Below, in pieces: positions 1 to 11,093 of a DNA stretch of 64,000 nucleotides. The notes below the pieces were generated by a model. That model was not told the origin of the DNA. It did no database searches and saw only the letters and a list, made by a program, of their open reading frames with translations. This DNA comes from Kiritimatiellia bacterium. Its GTDB lineage: Bacteria; Verrucomicrobiota; Kiritimatiellia; RFP12; UBA1067. Each line of letters begins with the position of its first letter. The stretch's first letter is position 1. Position numbers and translations under genes: made by a program. The DNA lies in contig JAFTCL010000083.1 in the NCBI GenBank assembly GCA_017454745.1, positions 31,924 to 95,923 of the forward strand. Reading direction: 5' to 3'.

Positions 1-2
1 GT

Positions 3-740
3 TTTGATATCAAGGGTGCGGCGTCAATCGGCATTATCGGCGGTGCCGACGGCCCGACCGCGATTTGGCTGACCTCCAAGCTCGCTCCGGAATTGCTCGG
101 CGCGATTGCCGTGGCTGCCTATTCTTACATGGCTTTGGTTCCGATTATCCAGCCGCCGATCATGAAGCTGTTGGTTCCGGCCGAGCAGCGCAAGATCAAG
201 ATGAAGCAGCTGCGCCATGTGTCGAAGATGGAGAAAGTTTGCTTCCCGCTTACCGTTTTGCTGCTTTGCGCGTTGCTGTTGCCGAGCGCGGTGCCGTTGG
301 TCGGCGCGTTGATGCTGGGTAACCTCTGCCGCGAAGTCGGCCCGTCGGTGGCGCGTTTGGCGGACACCATGACCGGACCGCTTTGCAACATCGTCACCAT
401 TATGTTGGGGCTGGCGGTGGGTTCCAAGCTGGCTTGCGAAAAGTTTCTGACGCTCGACACAATCAAGATCCTGTGCTTGGGGTTGATTGCATTTGCGGTT
501 GGAACCGGTGCCGGATGCTTGATGGCCCGCTTAATGAACCTATTCCTTAAAGAGAAAATCAATCCCTTGATTGGTTCTGCCGGTGTGTCGGCGGTACCGA
601 TGGCGGCGCGCGTCTCCAATAAAGTCGGTTTGGAGTCCGACCCCACCAATTATCTGTTGATGCATGCGATGGGACCGAACGTCTCCGGCGTTATCGGTTC
701 TGCCGTTGTGGCGGGCGTGCTTTATACCCTTTGCAAGTAG
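3..740 (+). CDS. oadB: Na+-translocating decarboxylase beta subunit (5'-truncated by window edge)
   Basis: Frame open from nt 3: [15 protein letters not shown]...[41 protein letters not shown] and [18 protein letters not shown] are hallmark OadB/MmdB motifs. The substrate (oxaloacetate vs methylmalonyl-CoA) cannot be determined. Confidence 0.93.
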   Translation, partial: FDIKGAASIGIIGGADGPTAIWLTSKLAPELLGAIAVAAYSYMALVPIIQPPIMKLLVPAEQRKIKMKQLRHVSKMEKVCFPLTVLLLCALLLPSAVPLVGALMLGNLCREVGPSVARLADTMTGPLCNIVTIMLGLAVGSKLACEKFLTLDTIKILCLGLIAFAVGTGAGCLMARLMNLFLKEKINPLIGSAGVSAVPMAARVSNKVGLESDPTNYLLMHAMGPNVSGVIGSAVVAGVLYTLCK

Positions 741-766
741 GTTTGCGCTTCCTGCGGATAAAATTT

Positions 767-803
767 TCCGGGCGGGTTGGAATCGGACCCGCCCGGATTT
801 TTT
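767..803 (+). terminator. Intrinsic terminator, possibly bidirectional
   Basis: 11-bp perfect stem TCCGGGCGGGT/ACCCGCCCGGA followed by T6, between convergent genes. Confidence 0.85.
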
Positions 804-828
804 ATTGTCAAGTTGATAGGAAAATCGC

Positions 829-1956
829 CTAAGCCAGCGTAAACGTTCGTCCGATTTCACCGGCGTCGCCGGGATAAAAATCCACCGTAACCGACTGGTC
901 GGAAACGTTCATGCGGAAATGCCCCGCGCCGGGATTAAAGAAACACTCATGGAGGTAAGGGGTAAAGAACGCGATATCCTGTTCAAAACGCTTCAACCGT
1001 TCGGCGTTGGCCGGTTCCGCTCCCGCGCCATTGCGGTAAACCGAGCCGAAATCCTTGGCTTTGTCATAAACCGGTTCGGCGGTGGCCAGTTCGGGCTTGC
1101 ACCAAACGGAATTGGCGGTGAATTCAGCAAACGATCCCACGCCATCTTTTTTGAAAACCCGCCATTCGACCCTATGGGTATGACCGGAAAGCACAATCGC
1201 GTGGCGTTTCAACAACAATTCAAACAGGGTGGACCGGTCATTGGCGCACTTTTTGTTGTCGCCGCCGAGCCGCCACTGCCAACTGCCATTGTCACCGGGC
1301 GTGAACGGTCCGTGCGTAACCAAGAAGGTGTGGCGGACATTCGGGTTCGACTCGATTTCGCTGATGATTGGTTTGAGGTTACGGGTTTCGAAATCGCAAA
1401 ACACATACAGGTCGCCGCCGATGATTTGGGAAAACGCGGGGTATTTAACCTGTTTCCCGAGTTCTTTAGACATGAACGGCTCGCAAAATTCGTAGTAGGC
1501 CCGATGTCCGCCAATGCCCCGGTAGTCGTGGTTGCCCGCAACGGTCAGAAACGGCAGCGAGCCGGGGTAGGGGGAACGGAGCATCTTGATGCAGTCGTCG
1601 AGCATCTTTTGGTGGGTGGCGTAGTCATCGCAGTCGCCTTGGATAATGTCGCCCATTTGCAGAATGAAGCGCGTCCGCGATTGTGCCGCCCGTGCGCTGG
1701 CGGCCAGCAGGTTGCGGCAACGCTCGCGCCACATCTCGCCGTTGCGGGCGAATTCCTGGCGCTGGACCTTCCATAGCCATTCGGCTTTGCCCTCGTTTTT
1801 GTAGTGCGAGTGGTAAACCGAAGCCGGTTCGGTGTCAAAATGAGTGTCGCCCAGAATCGCCACGGAGTAACGTTCTCCGCCTTTGGACAGGTATGCGCAG
1901 CCGCCAAACGCGGGAAACGTTGCGGCGGACAGTTTTAGGAAATCGCGTCTTTTCAT
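829..1956 (-). CDS. Tat-exported calcineurin-like metallophosphoesterase
   Basis: N-terminal KRRDFLK twin-arginine signal; motifs GDTH, MGD, GNHD and SGHTH. Confidence 0.88.
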   Translation of the reverse strand: MKRRDFLKLSAATFPAFGGCAYLSKGGERYSVAILGDTHFDTEPASVYHSHYKNEGKAEWLWKVQRQEFARNGEMWRERCRNLLAASARAAQSRTRFILQMGDIIQGDCDDYATHQKMLDDCIKMLRSPYPGSLPFLTVAGNHDYRGIGGHRAYYEFCEPFMSKELGKQVKYPAFSQIIGGDLYVFCDFETRNLKPIISEIESNPNVRHTFLVTHGPFTPGDNGSWQWRLGGDNKKCANDRSTLFELLLKRHAIVLSGHTHRVEWRVFKKDGVGSFAEFTANSVWCKPELATAEPVYDKAKDFGSVYRNGAGAEPANAERLKRFEQDIAFFTPYLHECFFNPGAGHFRMNVSDQSVTVDFYPGDAGEIGRTFTLA

Positions 1957-1987
1957 TTTATTCCCCTAGATTCAACCGGATATGCGG

Positions 1988-2506
1988 TCAAACGAATTTG
2001 ATGATCAGCGAAAGAACAACCGCCGCGTATGCTGCGTCAACCACATCGTCCAGCAACACGCCGGAGGCGGTGTGGATGTTGCGGTCAATGTAGCGGGCGC
2101 CGGGCAGTTTGATGATGTCGAAAATCCGGAACAGGGCGAATCCCGCCAACGGGTGCCACCACAAGGTTTCCGGCAACGCCAGCAGCGGTACGCACAGATA
2201 GCCGACCACCTCGTCAAGCACGAAATGTCCGGGGTCGGGGTCGTTCCAATAGCGCTGCGCCCACGGGGTGAGCCGATAGTGGATGATGGAAAACAAAACG
2301 ATACCGGACAAACACCAAAGCCGGATAATCCAATCGTTCACCCCCAGATACCACGGCACGTAGTGCCAGGCCAAACCGACCAGAGCCCCGAAAGAACCGG
2401 GCATGATCGGCAACAAGCCTAATCCGAAAGCGCTGCCCAAGAAAACTTTTGATTTGTCAGATGCCACGAAAAACTCCTCTGCATTATGATCGGAAGATTC
2501 CGCCAA
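1988..2506 (-). CDS. pgpA: Phosphatidylglycerophosphatase A
   Basis: PGSFG, DPGHFVLDEVVG, FRIFDIIK and GVLLDDVV motifs; hydrophobic. Exact start uncertain. Confidence 0.88.
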   Translation of the reverse strand: MAESSDHNAEEFFVASDKSKVFLGSAFGLGLLPIMPGSFGALVGLAWHYVPWYLGVNDWIIRLWCLSGIVLFSIIHYRLTPWAQRYWNDPDPGHFVLDEVVGYLCVPLLALPETLWWHPLAGFALFRIFDIIKLPGARYIDRNIHTASGVLLDDVVDAAYAAVVLSLIIKFV

Positions 2507-2678
2507 AACAAAATACTACTGTTCAAGACAGTGATATGATGCCATTTCCTGCCACCGTTTAGCAAGAACAAAAGTCAATATTTGCCAAAACGGGAATGAA
2601 TATGGGCGGGATGATCCGGTATGGCGGATTATCTAATTCATTGCGTACCATAAATTATCGTCATTACGGTTTAACACA

Positions 2679-2707
2679 TTGCGTTTAGAGCCGATTTTTG
2701 GTATGAT
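2679..2707 (+). promoter_or_regulatory. Putative sigma70 promoter
   Basis: TTGCGT-N17-TATGAT with TG extended -10, upstream of the EEP gene. Confidence 0.5.
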
Positions 2708-2718
2708 ATTATTGTTTT

Positions 2719-3798
2719 TTGGGTGTTTTTTCGATTTTGGAGCTTGCGGTGGCGATCAGTCGGTTGTTTTTGGTTCTTGCTTTAACGGTGGCGGCCTGGG
2801 AAGTACAGTCCGGCACCGAGCCGTTGGTTATCGCCAGTTGGAATGTTGAGAATCTGTTTGACTATGAGGATGATCCCGACAATCCCGGCGATGACGGCTA
2901 TACGCCCCGCGGTTGGATGCGCTGGAGCGAGCGCCGCTACCGTACCAAGCTGGACCATCTGGCCGGGGTCATCCGGGAGATGAAACCCCAGGTTTTGTGT
3001 TTGGCTGAAGTGGAAAACCGCCGGGTATTGGAAGACTTGACGCAAGTGCTGAAAGAAAAGTACGATTATCCGATGACCGCCATCATCCATCGCGAAGGCA
3101 CGGATTTGCGCGGGATCGACGTTGCCATGTTGTCGGTGCGGAAACCGGAGAAGACAGAGTGGAAGACTCCGGTGTCCGGGCAGCGTGACGTGCTGGCCGC
3201 TTCCTTTGATTTCGACGGTCGCAAGATTACGGTGTTGGCCAACCATTGGAAATCGCAGTTGGGCAACAAACAGGAGAGCGGGGAATTGCGCCGCAAATGC
3301 GCCCAGGCGGCGCGGGGGTTGGTGGACAAGGCGTTGAAGGCCGATCCGTCGGCGGCGGTGGTGGTGACCGGAGATTTTAACGATGTGCCGGAGTCCGAGG
3401 TGCTGACCGGTACCGCCGGATTTGTGCTGGACGAGCAACTGTTTATGACCAACAGTACCGGGAGGTTGCTGTTCAACCTTAGCGCGACCGTGCCTGAATC
3501 CGAGCGGTTGACCTACTATTACGCCAGCGGTGACAAATGGAGCACGCTGGATATGTTCCACATTTCGCGCGGGATGTGGAACGGTGATGCGCCGTGGAAG
3601 GTGAAACGTGGATCGATGCGGGTGTTTAAAACCCCGCGCCAGTGTAACCGTAAAGGGGAACCGCTGCCGTTCAAGCGCCAACGCAACAAAACAGTGGGCG
3701 ATGTCTATTTAACCGGTTATTCCGACCATTTCCCGATTCTGATGGAACTTGAACCCGGAGCAAAGCCGAAGAGGGCGGATAAAGATGCTGGATTATGA
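2719..3798 (+). CDS. Endonuclease/exonuclease/phosphatase (EEP) family protein, probably exported
   Basis: SWNVENLFD, AEVEN, NHWKS, GDFND and SDHFP motifs; hydrophobic N-terminus. Confidence 0.88.
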   Translation: MGVFSILELAVAISRLFLVLALTVAAWEVQSGTEPLVIASWNVENLFDYEDDPDNPGDDGYTPRGWMRWSERRYRTKLDHLAGVIREMKPQVLCLAEVENRRVLEDLTQVLKEKYDYPMTAIIHREGTDLRGIDVAMLSVRKPEKTEWKTPVSGQRDVLAASFDFDGRKITVLANHWKSQLGNKQESGELRRKCAQAARGLVDKALKADPSAAVVVTGDFNDVPESEVLTGTAGFVLDEQLFMTNSTGRLLFNLSATVPESERLTYYYASGDKWSTLDMFHISRGMWNGDAPWKVKRGSMRVFKTPRQCNRKGEPLPFKRQRNKTVGDVYLTGYSDHFPILMELEPGAKPKRADKDAGL

Positions 3799-5734
3799 AA
3801 ATCTTTTGAACAATGAGCAGTTTGACGCTGTAACCGCCGAAGACGGACCGCTGCTGGTGTTGGCTGCCGCCGGCACCGGAAAAACGCGCACTTTGACCTA
3901 TCGCGTGGCTTATCTGGTGGAACACGGCGTTCCGGCGGAGAATCTGTTGTTGCTGACCTTTACCAACCGGGCGGCAAAAGAGATGCTGGAACGCGCCAAC
4001 GCATTGACCGGCAACGCGATATCCTCGCTGTGGGGCGGCACGTTTCATCATGTGTGCAACCGGATGTTGCGCAGGGCGGCAGACCGTATCGGCTTCCAGC
4101 GTGACTTTGTGATTCTGGACCGGGACGACTCTTGCAAACTTATCGAACAATGCATTAACAACATTACGCGCAACAAAAAAGACTTCCCTAAGAAAAACGT
4201 GATTGCCTCGATGATCGGCATGGCGGCAAACCGCGGTTGCGGTATCGAATCGGTGGTGGAAGGGCAGCTCGATTCATTAAAGGTCGATCCGGCGGAGATT
4301 GTGGCGGTTGCCCGGATGTATGCCGAACGGAAAAATGAGTTGGGGATGATGGATTTTGACGACCTGCTGATCAACGGTCTGAAGTTGTTGAAAGAACATC
4401 AGTTCGTTCGCGAGTTCTATCAGGAAAAGTTCCGCCACGTGCTGGTTGACGAATACCAGGACACCAACCGTATGCAGGCCGAGATGGTGGATATCCTGGC
4501 GGCGCGGAATCGAAGCGTGATGGCGGTAGGTGACGATTTCCAGTGCATCTACTCCTGGCGCGGGGCGAACTTCGCCAACATTATGGATTTCCCGACCCGC
4601 TGGCCTGACTGCCGAATCATTAAGCTGGAGCGCAATTACCGTAGTGCGCCGGAGATACTTGACGTGGCTAACGCCTCCATCCGCGGCAACGCGGAGCAGT
4701 TCCGGCGTTATCCCAAGGAATTGCGGGCTGTCCGTAATTCCCGCCGTAAACCCAGTTTTTATCTGTTGTATGATGGTGACGAGCAAGGGATTGCGGTGTC
4801 CGGTCTGATTAGGCGGTATCTTGAAGACGGTTACCAGCCTAAAGATATCGCGGTGCTGTACCGTGCTCATTTTCATGTGGTGGGGTTGGAGTTTCATCTG
4901 CGTAACATCGGGGTACCGTATGTGGTGACTTCCGGTGTCGGGGTGTTCGAGCTCGCCCATGTGAAAGACGTGATCAGTTTTCTTCGGATGTGTGAATTCC
5001 AAACCGACTACCTCTCCTTCAACCGGTTGCTGGGCCTGCTCAGCGGGGTAGGGGAAAAGACCATCGAGAAACTTTGGGCAAAACTCGGTGGCAAGTTCGA
5101 TGTGACCAGTGGGCAGGATCGCGAAACACTGCTGGGGTTGTTGCGTCCGGCGGCTCGCGAACAGTGGCAGCATATTGACCGGCTGATGGGCACTTACCAC
5201 CTGCCGAGCGGCGATACGATTTCCGGTCCGGATGTGCTGGACCGTTTTCTGGAGGTTTTTTACCGGGGCTATATGGCAAGGTCGTTTGACAATCCAGAAG
5301 ACCGGGAAGACGATTTGCGCGAACTAGCGAACCAGTTGCGCAAATCGGCGTCGGTGCGCGAGTTTTTACAGGAGGTGTCGTTGCTCACCAACGTCGATCA
5401 AGAGGCTATGGGCATCGACGGTGATAAAAACAACGCGGTTCGTTTGAGTACCGTCCATCAGGCGAAGGGACTTGAATGGCCGGTGGTGATTATCATTTGG
5501 GCGGTGGAAGGGATGTTCCCATCGAGCCGGTCGATGGCCGAAAACGACGATGACACCGAAGAGCGTCGGCTGTTTTACGTGGCGGTGACCCGCGCCAGAG
5601 ATGATTTGGTGTTGTGCGCCCCTTCGATGCGTTACACTCGCGACGGCGGAGCTTTCCAGTGTAAGCCCTCGCGGTTTATCAAAGAGTTGCCCAAGGGGTT
5701 GTTGTCGGAACGGTACGGTTTCCGCAGATACTGA
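3785..5734 (+). CDS. UvrD/PcrA-family ATP-dependent DNA helicase
   Basis: AAAGTGKT, LTFTNRAAKEM, VDEYQDTN, VGDDFQCIYSWRGA, NYRS, STVHQAKGLEW and EERRLFYVAVTRA. ATG 3785 overlaps the upstream gene's 3' end. Confidence 0.95.
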   Translation: MLDYENLLNNEQFDAVTAEDGPLLVLAAAGTGKTRTLTYRVAYLVEHGVPAENLLLLTFTNRAAKEMLERANALTGNAISSLWGGTFHHVCNRMLRRAADRIGFQRDFVILDRDDSCKLIEQCINNITRNKKDFPKKNVIASMIGMAANRGCGIESVVEGQLDSLKVDPAEIVAVARMYAERKNELGMMDFDDLLINGLKLLKEHQFVREFYQEKFRHVLVDEYQDTNRMQAEMVDILAARNRSVMAVGDDFQCIYSWRGANFANIMDFPTRWPDCRIIKLERNYRSAPEILDVANASIRGNAEQFRRYPKELRAVRNSRRKPSFYLLYDGDEQGIAVSGLIRRYLEDGYQPKDIAVLYRAHFHVVGLEFHLRNIGVPYVVTSGVGVFELAHVKDVISFLRMCEFQTDYLSFNRLLGLLSGVGEKTIEKLWAKLGGKFDVTSGQDRETLLGLLRPAAREQWQHIDRLMGTYHLPSGDTISGPDVLDRFLEVFYRGYMARSFDNPEDREDDLRELANQLRKSASVREFLQEVSLLTNVDQEAMGIDGDKNNAVRLSTVHQAKGLEWPVVIIIWAVEGMFPSSRSMAENDDDTEERRLFYVAVTRARDDLVLCAPSMRYTRDGGAFQCKPSRFIKELPKGLLSERYGFRRY

Positions 5735-5748
5735 TTGGAAGGGTGTTT

Positions 5749-6492
5749 ATGGGAGCGATAAGCGTTACATGGCGCCGAGAGGTGCGTGCCTTTGGCGGGG
5801 CTTATTCCTGCGCGATTCCGGTGGCGGCGTTTTTGGCGGTCTGTGGCTGGAGTTTTGTGGCGGCGTTGCGTCAGGCAGAGGGCAGCGTGTTGCAACTGCC
5901 AACTGTTTGGGGGTTGTCGGTATCGCTTTGGCTGCCGGTGTTGTGCGCGGTGCTTACTATGCGGCTCTTTGCCGAGGAGCGTTCTTCGGGTATGATCGAG
6001 CTGCTGCTTTCGTCGCCGATTATGGAACGGGATCTGGTGATGGGAAAATTCCTTTCGGCAATGACCGTGGTGGCGGTGTCCATCGGGCTGTCGCTTTTGG
6101 CTCCGCTGGCGGTGTTGCCGGCGGTTTCGCCGCCGTTGGCCGCCAGTTGCCGATTGCTCCCGTTCGCGCCGGCATTTTTGATTCTGCTGTTGCAGGCCGC
6201 TCTGTGGTGTTCGGCCGGACTGATGGTCTCCGTCTATTCGCGTACCCAGGCTTCGGCGGCGGTGAGTTCGCTGGTGTTGTGTTGCGGCTTGCCGGTGGCC
6301 TTGTACGTCGCGGTTTTATTCTGGGTGCCGTCGATCCGTTCCGAAACCTCGTCGATGCCCCAGCTGGTGCACGTGTACGATTTCTCAACCGGGTTGTATT
6401 CCGCAGCAACGGTAGCGGCGTACCTGTTCCCCAGCCTGTTTTTTCTCTTTGCCAGTTCTAAGCGGCTGGCGTGGATTCGTTTGAAAGGATGA
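5749..6492 (+). CDS. ABC-2 type permease, GldF-like
   Basis: LTMRLFAEERSSGMIELLLSSP...LVMGKF motif; about six hydrophobic segments. Confidence 0.82.
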   Translation: MGAISVTWRREVRAFGGAYSCAIPVAAFLAVCGWSFVAALRQAEGSVLQLPTVWGLSVSLWLPVLCAVLTMRLFAEERSSGMIELLLSSPIMERDLVMGKFLSAMTVVAVSIGLSLLAPLAVLPAVSPPLAASCRLLPFAPAFLILLLQAALWCSAGLMVSVYSRTQASAAVSSLVLCCGLPVALYVAVLFWVPSIRSETSSMPQLVHVYDFSTGLYSAATVAAYLFPSLFFLFASSKRLAWIRLKG

Positions 6493-6496
6493 CGCG

Positions 6497-8032
6497 ATGA
6501 AATCAGGAAAAACCGCCGCGCCGGGCGGTCAGAACTATGGAATGCTTCGCGCCTCCTCCGTTTTGGCGGTTATACTTGGTGCGGCGCTTACGGTGCTTTT
6601 GGTTACTGTGGCGTACCGGTTAAACTTCACTTGGGAGAACCCGGTCGATCATTTGCTCAGCGTGTCTGCCCGCACCAGCAGGATGCTTGCCGAAAGCCAA
6701 GGCAGTATCCGGGTGGTTTGTTTTATGGATCGCCGCCATCCGATGTTCCGCCCGGTCTCCAGATTGCTCCGCGGTTTGAGCGCGGCATCGCGCCGCGTCG
6801 CCGGTGCGGAGATTCGGGTGGAATACGTGGATCCGCATTGGGATCTCGCGCGGGCCAGCCAGCTGACTTCGCAGAATATCCCGGAAAATGCCCTGGTTTT
6901 CGAGCGCCAGCGCCGTCGGGTGGTGGTTACGCTGGATGATATGCTTACCGAAAAGTCGGCGTTGATGGGGCCGGGTAATTCTGACAATCCAGATAACCGA
7001 GATAACCGGATGCCGTGGGAAACCAAGCGCGCCGGACGCGATTTGGGAATTTTTCGCGGTGAAAGCGTTTGCGCTTCGGCGATTGCCCGTCTGGCGTTAC
7101 CCAACGAGCGAACTGTAGTGTATTGGCTGACCGGCCACGGCGAAGCGCGGATGGACGACTACGACTCCATTTACGGTTTCTCAACGGTAGCCCGCGAGGT
7201 TTCCCGTGACGGCTTCGAGTTGCGGGAACTTGCGTTGCCGGGGCACGATGCAGTGCCTGCCGATTGCAGCGTACTGGTGGCGGCCGGTCCGCGTAAAGCA
7301 TTCACGGCCAGAGAGTTGGACATTTTGTCGACTTATCTCCAGCGCGGCGGAAGGCTGTTGCTGTTGTTAAACCCCTCGGCGGAAAACAATTTCAAGCCGT
7401 TGCTGTCGCAATGGGGAGTGGAGCTTACCGATAAAATCGCGGTAAGCGGCAAGACGCTTACCGGTGACGAAGTGTATTGCACTCGTTTCGGCGATCACTA
7501 TGTAACCCGCGATTTGTCGGGCGTTTCGGTGGTTTTCGGTCATCCGCTTTGCGTTGCGGTGCGTCAGGAGGTTACCATCGGTCTGGATCGCCCCAAGGTT
7601 ACGCTGTTGACTTTGAGCGATGATGACGGCTGGGGGGAATCAGAACCCGAAGCCCGGCCGCGGGTGTTTGACCCGGCGCGCGATCTTCCCGGTCCGGTCG
7701 CGATGGCGGCTGCCGTGGAGTGGGGCGGCAACGTCGCCAGCGATGTGGCGTTCCGTCCAACCCGCATTTGCGTTTTTGGCGAACACGATTTTGTTATGAA
7801 CGGGATGTTGGCATCACGTGCCAACGCCAACCGTGATCTGTTTGTAAACGCTGTCGCGTGGTTGGCGGGGGTGGAGACCGGAACCGCGCCGTCTCTGGGC
7901 GGTGACGCTACCTTGTTCACCGGGATGTCTCGCCGGGAGTGGATGTCGTTAACGCTGGCGGCTTCGCTGTTTTTGCCCTTGGGGTTGCTCGGGGTTTTCT
8001 GGTTTTATTCATTAATTAGCAGGAGACGGTAA
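6497..8032 (+). CDS. GldG-family ABC transporter auxiliary component
   Basis: N- and C-terminal TM segments; VEYVDP, VYWLTGHGE, LVAAGPRK, YLQRGGRLLLL and NRDLFVNAVAWL. Confidence 0.85.
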   Translation: MKSGKTAAPGGQNYGMLRASSVLAVILGAALTVLLVTVAYRLNFTWENPVDHLLSVSARTSRMLAESQGSIRVVCFMDRRHPMFRPVSRLLRGLSAASRRVAGAEIRVEYVDPHWDLARASQLTSQNIPENALVFERQRRRVVVTLDDMLTEKSALMGPGNSDNPDNRDNRMPWETKRAGRDLGIFRGESVCASAIARLALPNERTVVYWLTGHGEARMDDYDSIYGFSTVAREVSRDGFELRELALPGHDAVPADCSVLVAAGPRKAFTARELDILSTYLQRGGRLLLLLNPSAENNFKPLLSQWGVELTDKIAVSGKTLTGDEVYCTRFGDHYVTRDLSGVSVVFGHPLCVAVRQEVTIGLDRPKVTLLTLSDDDGWGESEPEARPRVFDPARDLPGPVAMAAAVEWGGNVASDVAFRPTRICVFGEHDFVMNGMLASRANANRDLFVNAVAWLAGVETGTAPSLGGDATLFTGMSRREWMSLTLAASLFLPLGLLGVFWFYSLISRRR

Positions 8033-8035
8033 ACG

Positions 8036-9868
8036 ATGGGCAACCGGAGAATAATCATCCTGTTTTTAATCGGTATCGCGTTCTGTTTGGCCGTGTTGTG
8101 GTACACCCGCAAGGGGTTCCGGTGGCTGCCGGCCGAGAATGAAACCCGCGTGATGTTGGTGGATTCGCCTTTGGACAACGCGGACGGGTTGTCTGTCAGT
8201 CGCGGCACGGAAAGGTTCTCGCTGTTGCGGAGTGACGACGGCTGGGAGTTGCTTGAACCGTTCGTGGCGGCCGCCGACGGTTCGGTTGTCCGGCGGTTGT
8301 TGGATAGTTTTGAAGACGCAAAAGTGGAGGACGCACTGTTTTTTGACGAGTTACGCCGCCGCGGGCTTTCGCTGTTGGAGTTTGGTCTGGCACCGCCGAA
8401 AGCGAAGGTGACGATTAACGCCGACAAGACTTTGATGACGGTGGCTTTCGGAACTTTCACCCCTTCTAAATCCGGAGTGTACGCGCGACTTGGGGAACAT
8501 AACCAAGTGTTAATTCTTCCCGCCTCGCTTTTTAACGTGTTGCCGGTAACGGCGGATGATTTGCGTGTCCGCCGTTTGCTTAACCCGTTGGCGGGACGGA
8601 TTAAGTCGATTGAGATTCGTTCGCCAGGCCGCCCGTTCGTCAGTCTGCAGTGGGAAGGCAACCGTTGGATGTTGCGCCAACCGTCATCGGCGGTGGCAAT
8701 GGAAACGCGGGTGGCAATGATGCTGGAAGCTGTAGAAACCGCCCGCTCGGAAAGTTTTGTTTGGCCCGTTGCGACGGCCGAAACGGACGGAAAACAGCAG
8801 AATGCGACGTTGGAGACCCGGCGGGGACTGTACGGTTTGGACGAGGAGCGCGGAGTTTTTGTCCAAGTCCAGCAGGAACAGTCCGATAACCCGGTGCGTT
8901 GGGTGTTTGGCTCCGCTGCGGCGGACCGTCCGAATTGCACATACGTGTTGATGGACGGCGGGCGTTCAATCGGTGTGGTTTCCAACCGGGTCGCGGAGGT
9001 CTTTCAGGTTTCCCCGGACGAATTGCGGGATTGGTCGCTCTTTCCCGAACTCAAAAGCGGGTTGACCAAACTTCGCGTGACCATGGATGATACGGATTTC
9101 GCGCTGACCCAGACCGGCGGGGTTTGGCAGTTGGAATCGCCGTTGCCGGGCCGCGCCGATCAGTCCGCCGTACGTGAGGCGGTTTCCGGTCTGTTGAGCC
9201 TCAAGGCGTCCGGAACCTCTCCGCGCAATGAGGCGTCTCCCGACATCCCCGAAGAATTCGCCGCCAAACAGAAGGTGACTTTCAAGGTTGCCGATAACCA
9301 GCGCGAGTGGGATTTTACGGTGTCCAATGATACGGCCGAGCCGGACACGCTGTTGTTGGCTTTCGCCGGAAATCCGGTTTACTACCGTATCGCGCAAACC
9401 AATTTCCCGGCAGCGTTGCTGACTGTCGACGGACTTAATTCGCTTCACGACAAGCAGGTGCTGGCGTTGGATCCGGCCAGTTTGCGACGGATAATCCGCA
9501 GTTACGGCGATAGCGTTTCGGAGCAGGCGGAAAGAACGGATGCCAATTCACCGTGGAAACCGGCGACGGTCGAGAAGACGTTGGACCGTAAGAGTTTTGA
9601 CCGGTTCGCCGGTTTGTTGGCCAATCTCCGCGCCGTTCGGGTGGAAAAGCTGGGTGTCGCCGCCGATGATCTTGACCGGTACGGTTTGCGTCAGCCTTGG
9701 ATGACCGTCAGTGTGGATGTGGATGCCGAAGACGCGGTACGCAAGATATTGGCGTTGGGCGGCGAGACCTCGGACGGCGGACGTTTCGCGCTGCTGAGGG
9801 GACAGAATCTGGTTTTCGTTTTGGACACCGAAGCGGTTGGGGTGTTGTCCGCCGCCTTGTTTGAATAG
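8036..9868 (+). CDS. DUF4340-domain membrane-anchored protein
   Basis: N-terminal TM; repeated W-x-L-x-x-P...AD and YGLxxP modules; typical position after gldF/gldG. Confidence 0.75.
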   Translation: MGNRRIIILFLIGIAFCLAVLWYTRKGFRWLPAENETRVMLVDSPLDNADGLSVSRGTERFSLLRSDDGWELLEPFVAAADGSVVRRLLDSFEDAKVEDALFFDELRRRGLSLLEFGLAPPKAKVTINADKTLMTVAFGTFTPSKSGVYARLGEHNQVLILPASLFNVLPVTADDLRVRRLLNPLAGRIKSIEIRSPGRPFVSLQWEGNRWMLRQPSSAVAMETRVAMMLEAVETARSESFVWPVATAETDGKQQNATLETRRGLYGLDEERGVFVQVQQEQSDNPVRWVFGSAAADRPNCTYVLMDGGRSIGVVSNRVAEVFQVSPDELRDWSLFPELKSGLTKLRVTMDDTDFALTQTGGVWQLESPLPGRADQSAVREAVSGLLSLKASGTSPRNEASPDIPEEFAAKQKVTFKVADNQREWDFTVSNDTAEPDTLLLAFAGNPVYYRIAQTNFPAALLTVDGLNSLHDKQVLALDPASLRRIIRSYGDSVSEQAERTDANSPWKPATVEKTLDRKSFDRFAGLLANLRAVRVEKLGVAADDLDRYGLRQPWMTVSVDVDAEDAVRKILALGGETSDGGRFALLRGQNLVFVLDTEAVGVLSAALFE

Positions 9869-9878
9869 GGGATGCGAA

Positions 9879-11081
9879 ATGAACAATGACGATAGTTTCG
9901 ATTCGGTAGAAGATTGCCTGGAAGAACTTCGCAAAGGCCGGATAATTTTGGTCACGGATGACAAAGATCGCGAAAACGAAGGCGACATGATTTGCGCCGC
10001 CGAATTCGCCACGCTGGAAAACATCAATTTCATGGCCACCCATGCCAAGGGGTTGATTTGTATGCCGATGACCGCGGAAATGACTCGACGGCTGGACTTG
10101 CGCCAAATGGTGGAGGAAAACACCGACAACCACAGCACCGCGTTCACGGTTTCAATCGACCACATTTCCACCCGCACCGGGATTTCCGCCGAGGAGCGTT
10201 CCATAACCGCGTTGAATTGCGTACGCGACGATGTGTCGCCGGATGAGTTCCGCCGTCCCGGCCACATGTTTCCGCTGGAGGCGCGGCCGGGCGGGGTGTT
10301 ACAGCGTGCCGGCCACACCGAAGCCACGGTTGATTTGATGCGTTTGGCGGGGCTAAAGCCTTGCGGATTGTGTTGCGAAATCATGAAGGACGATGGTCTG
10401 ATGGCCCGGTTGCCGGATGTGCGCAAAGTGGCGGACCGGTTCGGACTGAAACTATGCAGCATTGCGGATTTAATAGCGTACCGCCGTCGTAACGAACGGT
10501 TGATTTCAATGGTCGAAGAGGTGGATATGCCCACCGTTTACGGTCATTTCCGGTTGCGTATGTACCAATCGCAACCTGACGGTTTGCAACATCTGGCCCT
10601 GATTATGGGGGATTTGCGCGGCAATCCGCCGCCATTAGTGCGGGTCCACAGCGAATGCTTCACCGGCGATGTGTTTGGATCATGCCGTTGCGATTGCGGG
10701 AACCAGCTGCACGGGGCGATGTCGATGATTGCCAAAGAAGGGCGCGGGGTGTTGCTTTACATGCGTCAGGAAGGGCGCGGTATCGGGTTGGCCAATAAAC
10801 TGCATGCGTATAAACTGCAGGAACACGGCTTGGACACGGTAGAGGCCAACCTTAAGCTTGGGTTCGCCCCGGATTTGCGCGATTACGGCGTCGGGGCGCA
10901 GATACTGTCTGATTTGGGGTTGAGCGATATCCGGCTCATGACCAACAATCCGCGCAAGATTATCGGTTTGGTCGGTTACGGCTTGAATATCGCCGAGCGG
11001 GTGCCGATTGTTATTAAACCGAACCAGTTTGACCGCCACTATCTTGAAACCAAACGGGACAAGATGGGGCATCTGATTTAA
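9879..11081 (+). CDS. ribBA: Bifunctional DHBP synthase / GTP cyclohydrolase II
   Basis: [51 protein letters not shown] and TNNPRK. Confidence 0.97.
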   Translation: MNNDDSFDSVEDCLEELRKGRIILVTDDKDRENEGDMICAAEFATLENINFMATHAKGLICMPMTAEMTRRLDLRQMVEENTDNHSTAFTVSIDHISTRTGISAEERSITALNCVRDDVSPDEFRRPGHMFPLEARPGGVLQRAGHTEATVDLMRLAGLKPCGLCCEIMKDDGLMARLPDVRKVADRFGLKLCSIADLIAYRRRNERLISMVEEVDMPTVYGHFRLRMYQSQPDGLQHLALIMGDLRGNPPPLVRVHSECFTGDVFGSCRCDCGNQLHGAMSMIAKEGRGVLLYMRQEGRGIGLANKLHAYKLQEHGLDTVEANLKLGFAPDLRDYGVGAQILSDLGLSDIRLMTNNPRKIIGLVGYGLNIAERVPIVIKPNQFDRHYLETKRDKMGHLI

Positions 11082-11093
11082 CGCAAGGAGAGC

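Noticed and set aside
2719-5734. EEP nuclease overlapping a UvrD helicase as a nuclease-helicase defence system
   Set aside because: The EEP protein appears exported and the helicase looks like an ordinary UvrD/PcrA paralog in host-like sequence.
6981-7010. 9-nt repeats (gataaccga) encoding DNPDNRDNR in the GldG-like gene
   Set aside because: In-frame low-complexity loop with no phase-variation potential.
9868-9879. FMN riboswitch before ribBA (likewise preQ1 riboswitch before queF)
   Set aside because: The intergenic gaps are only about 10 and 19 nt, with no aptamer motifs.
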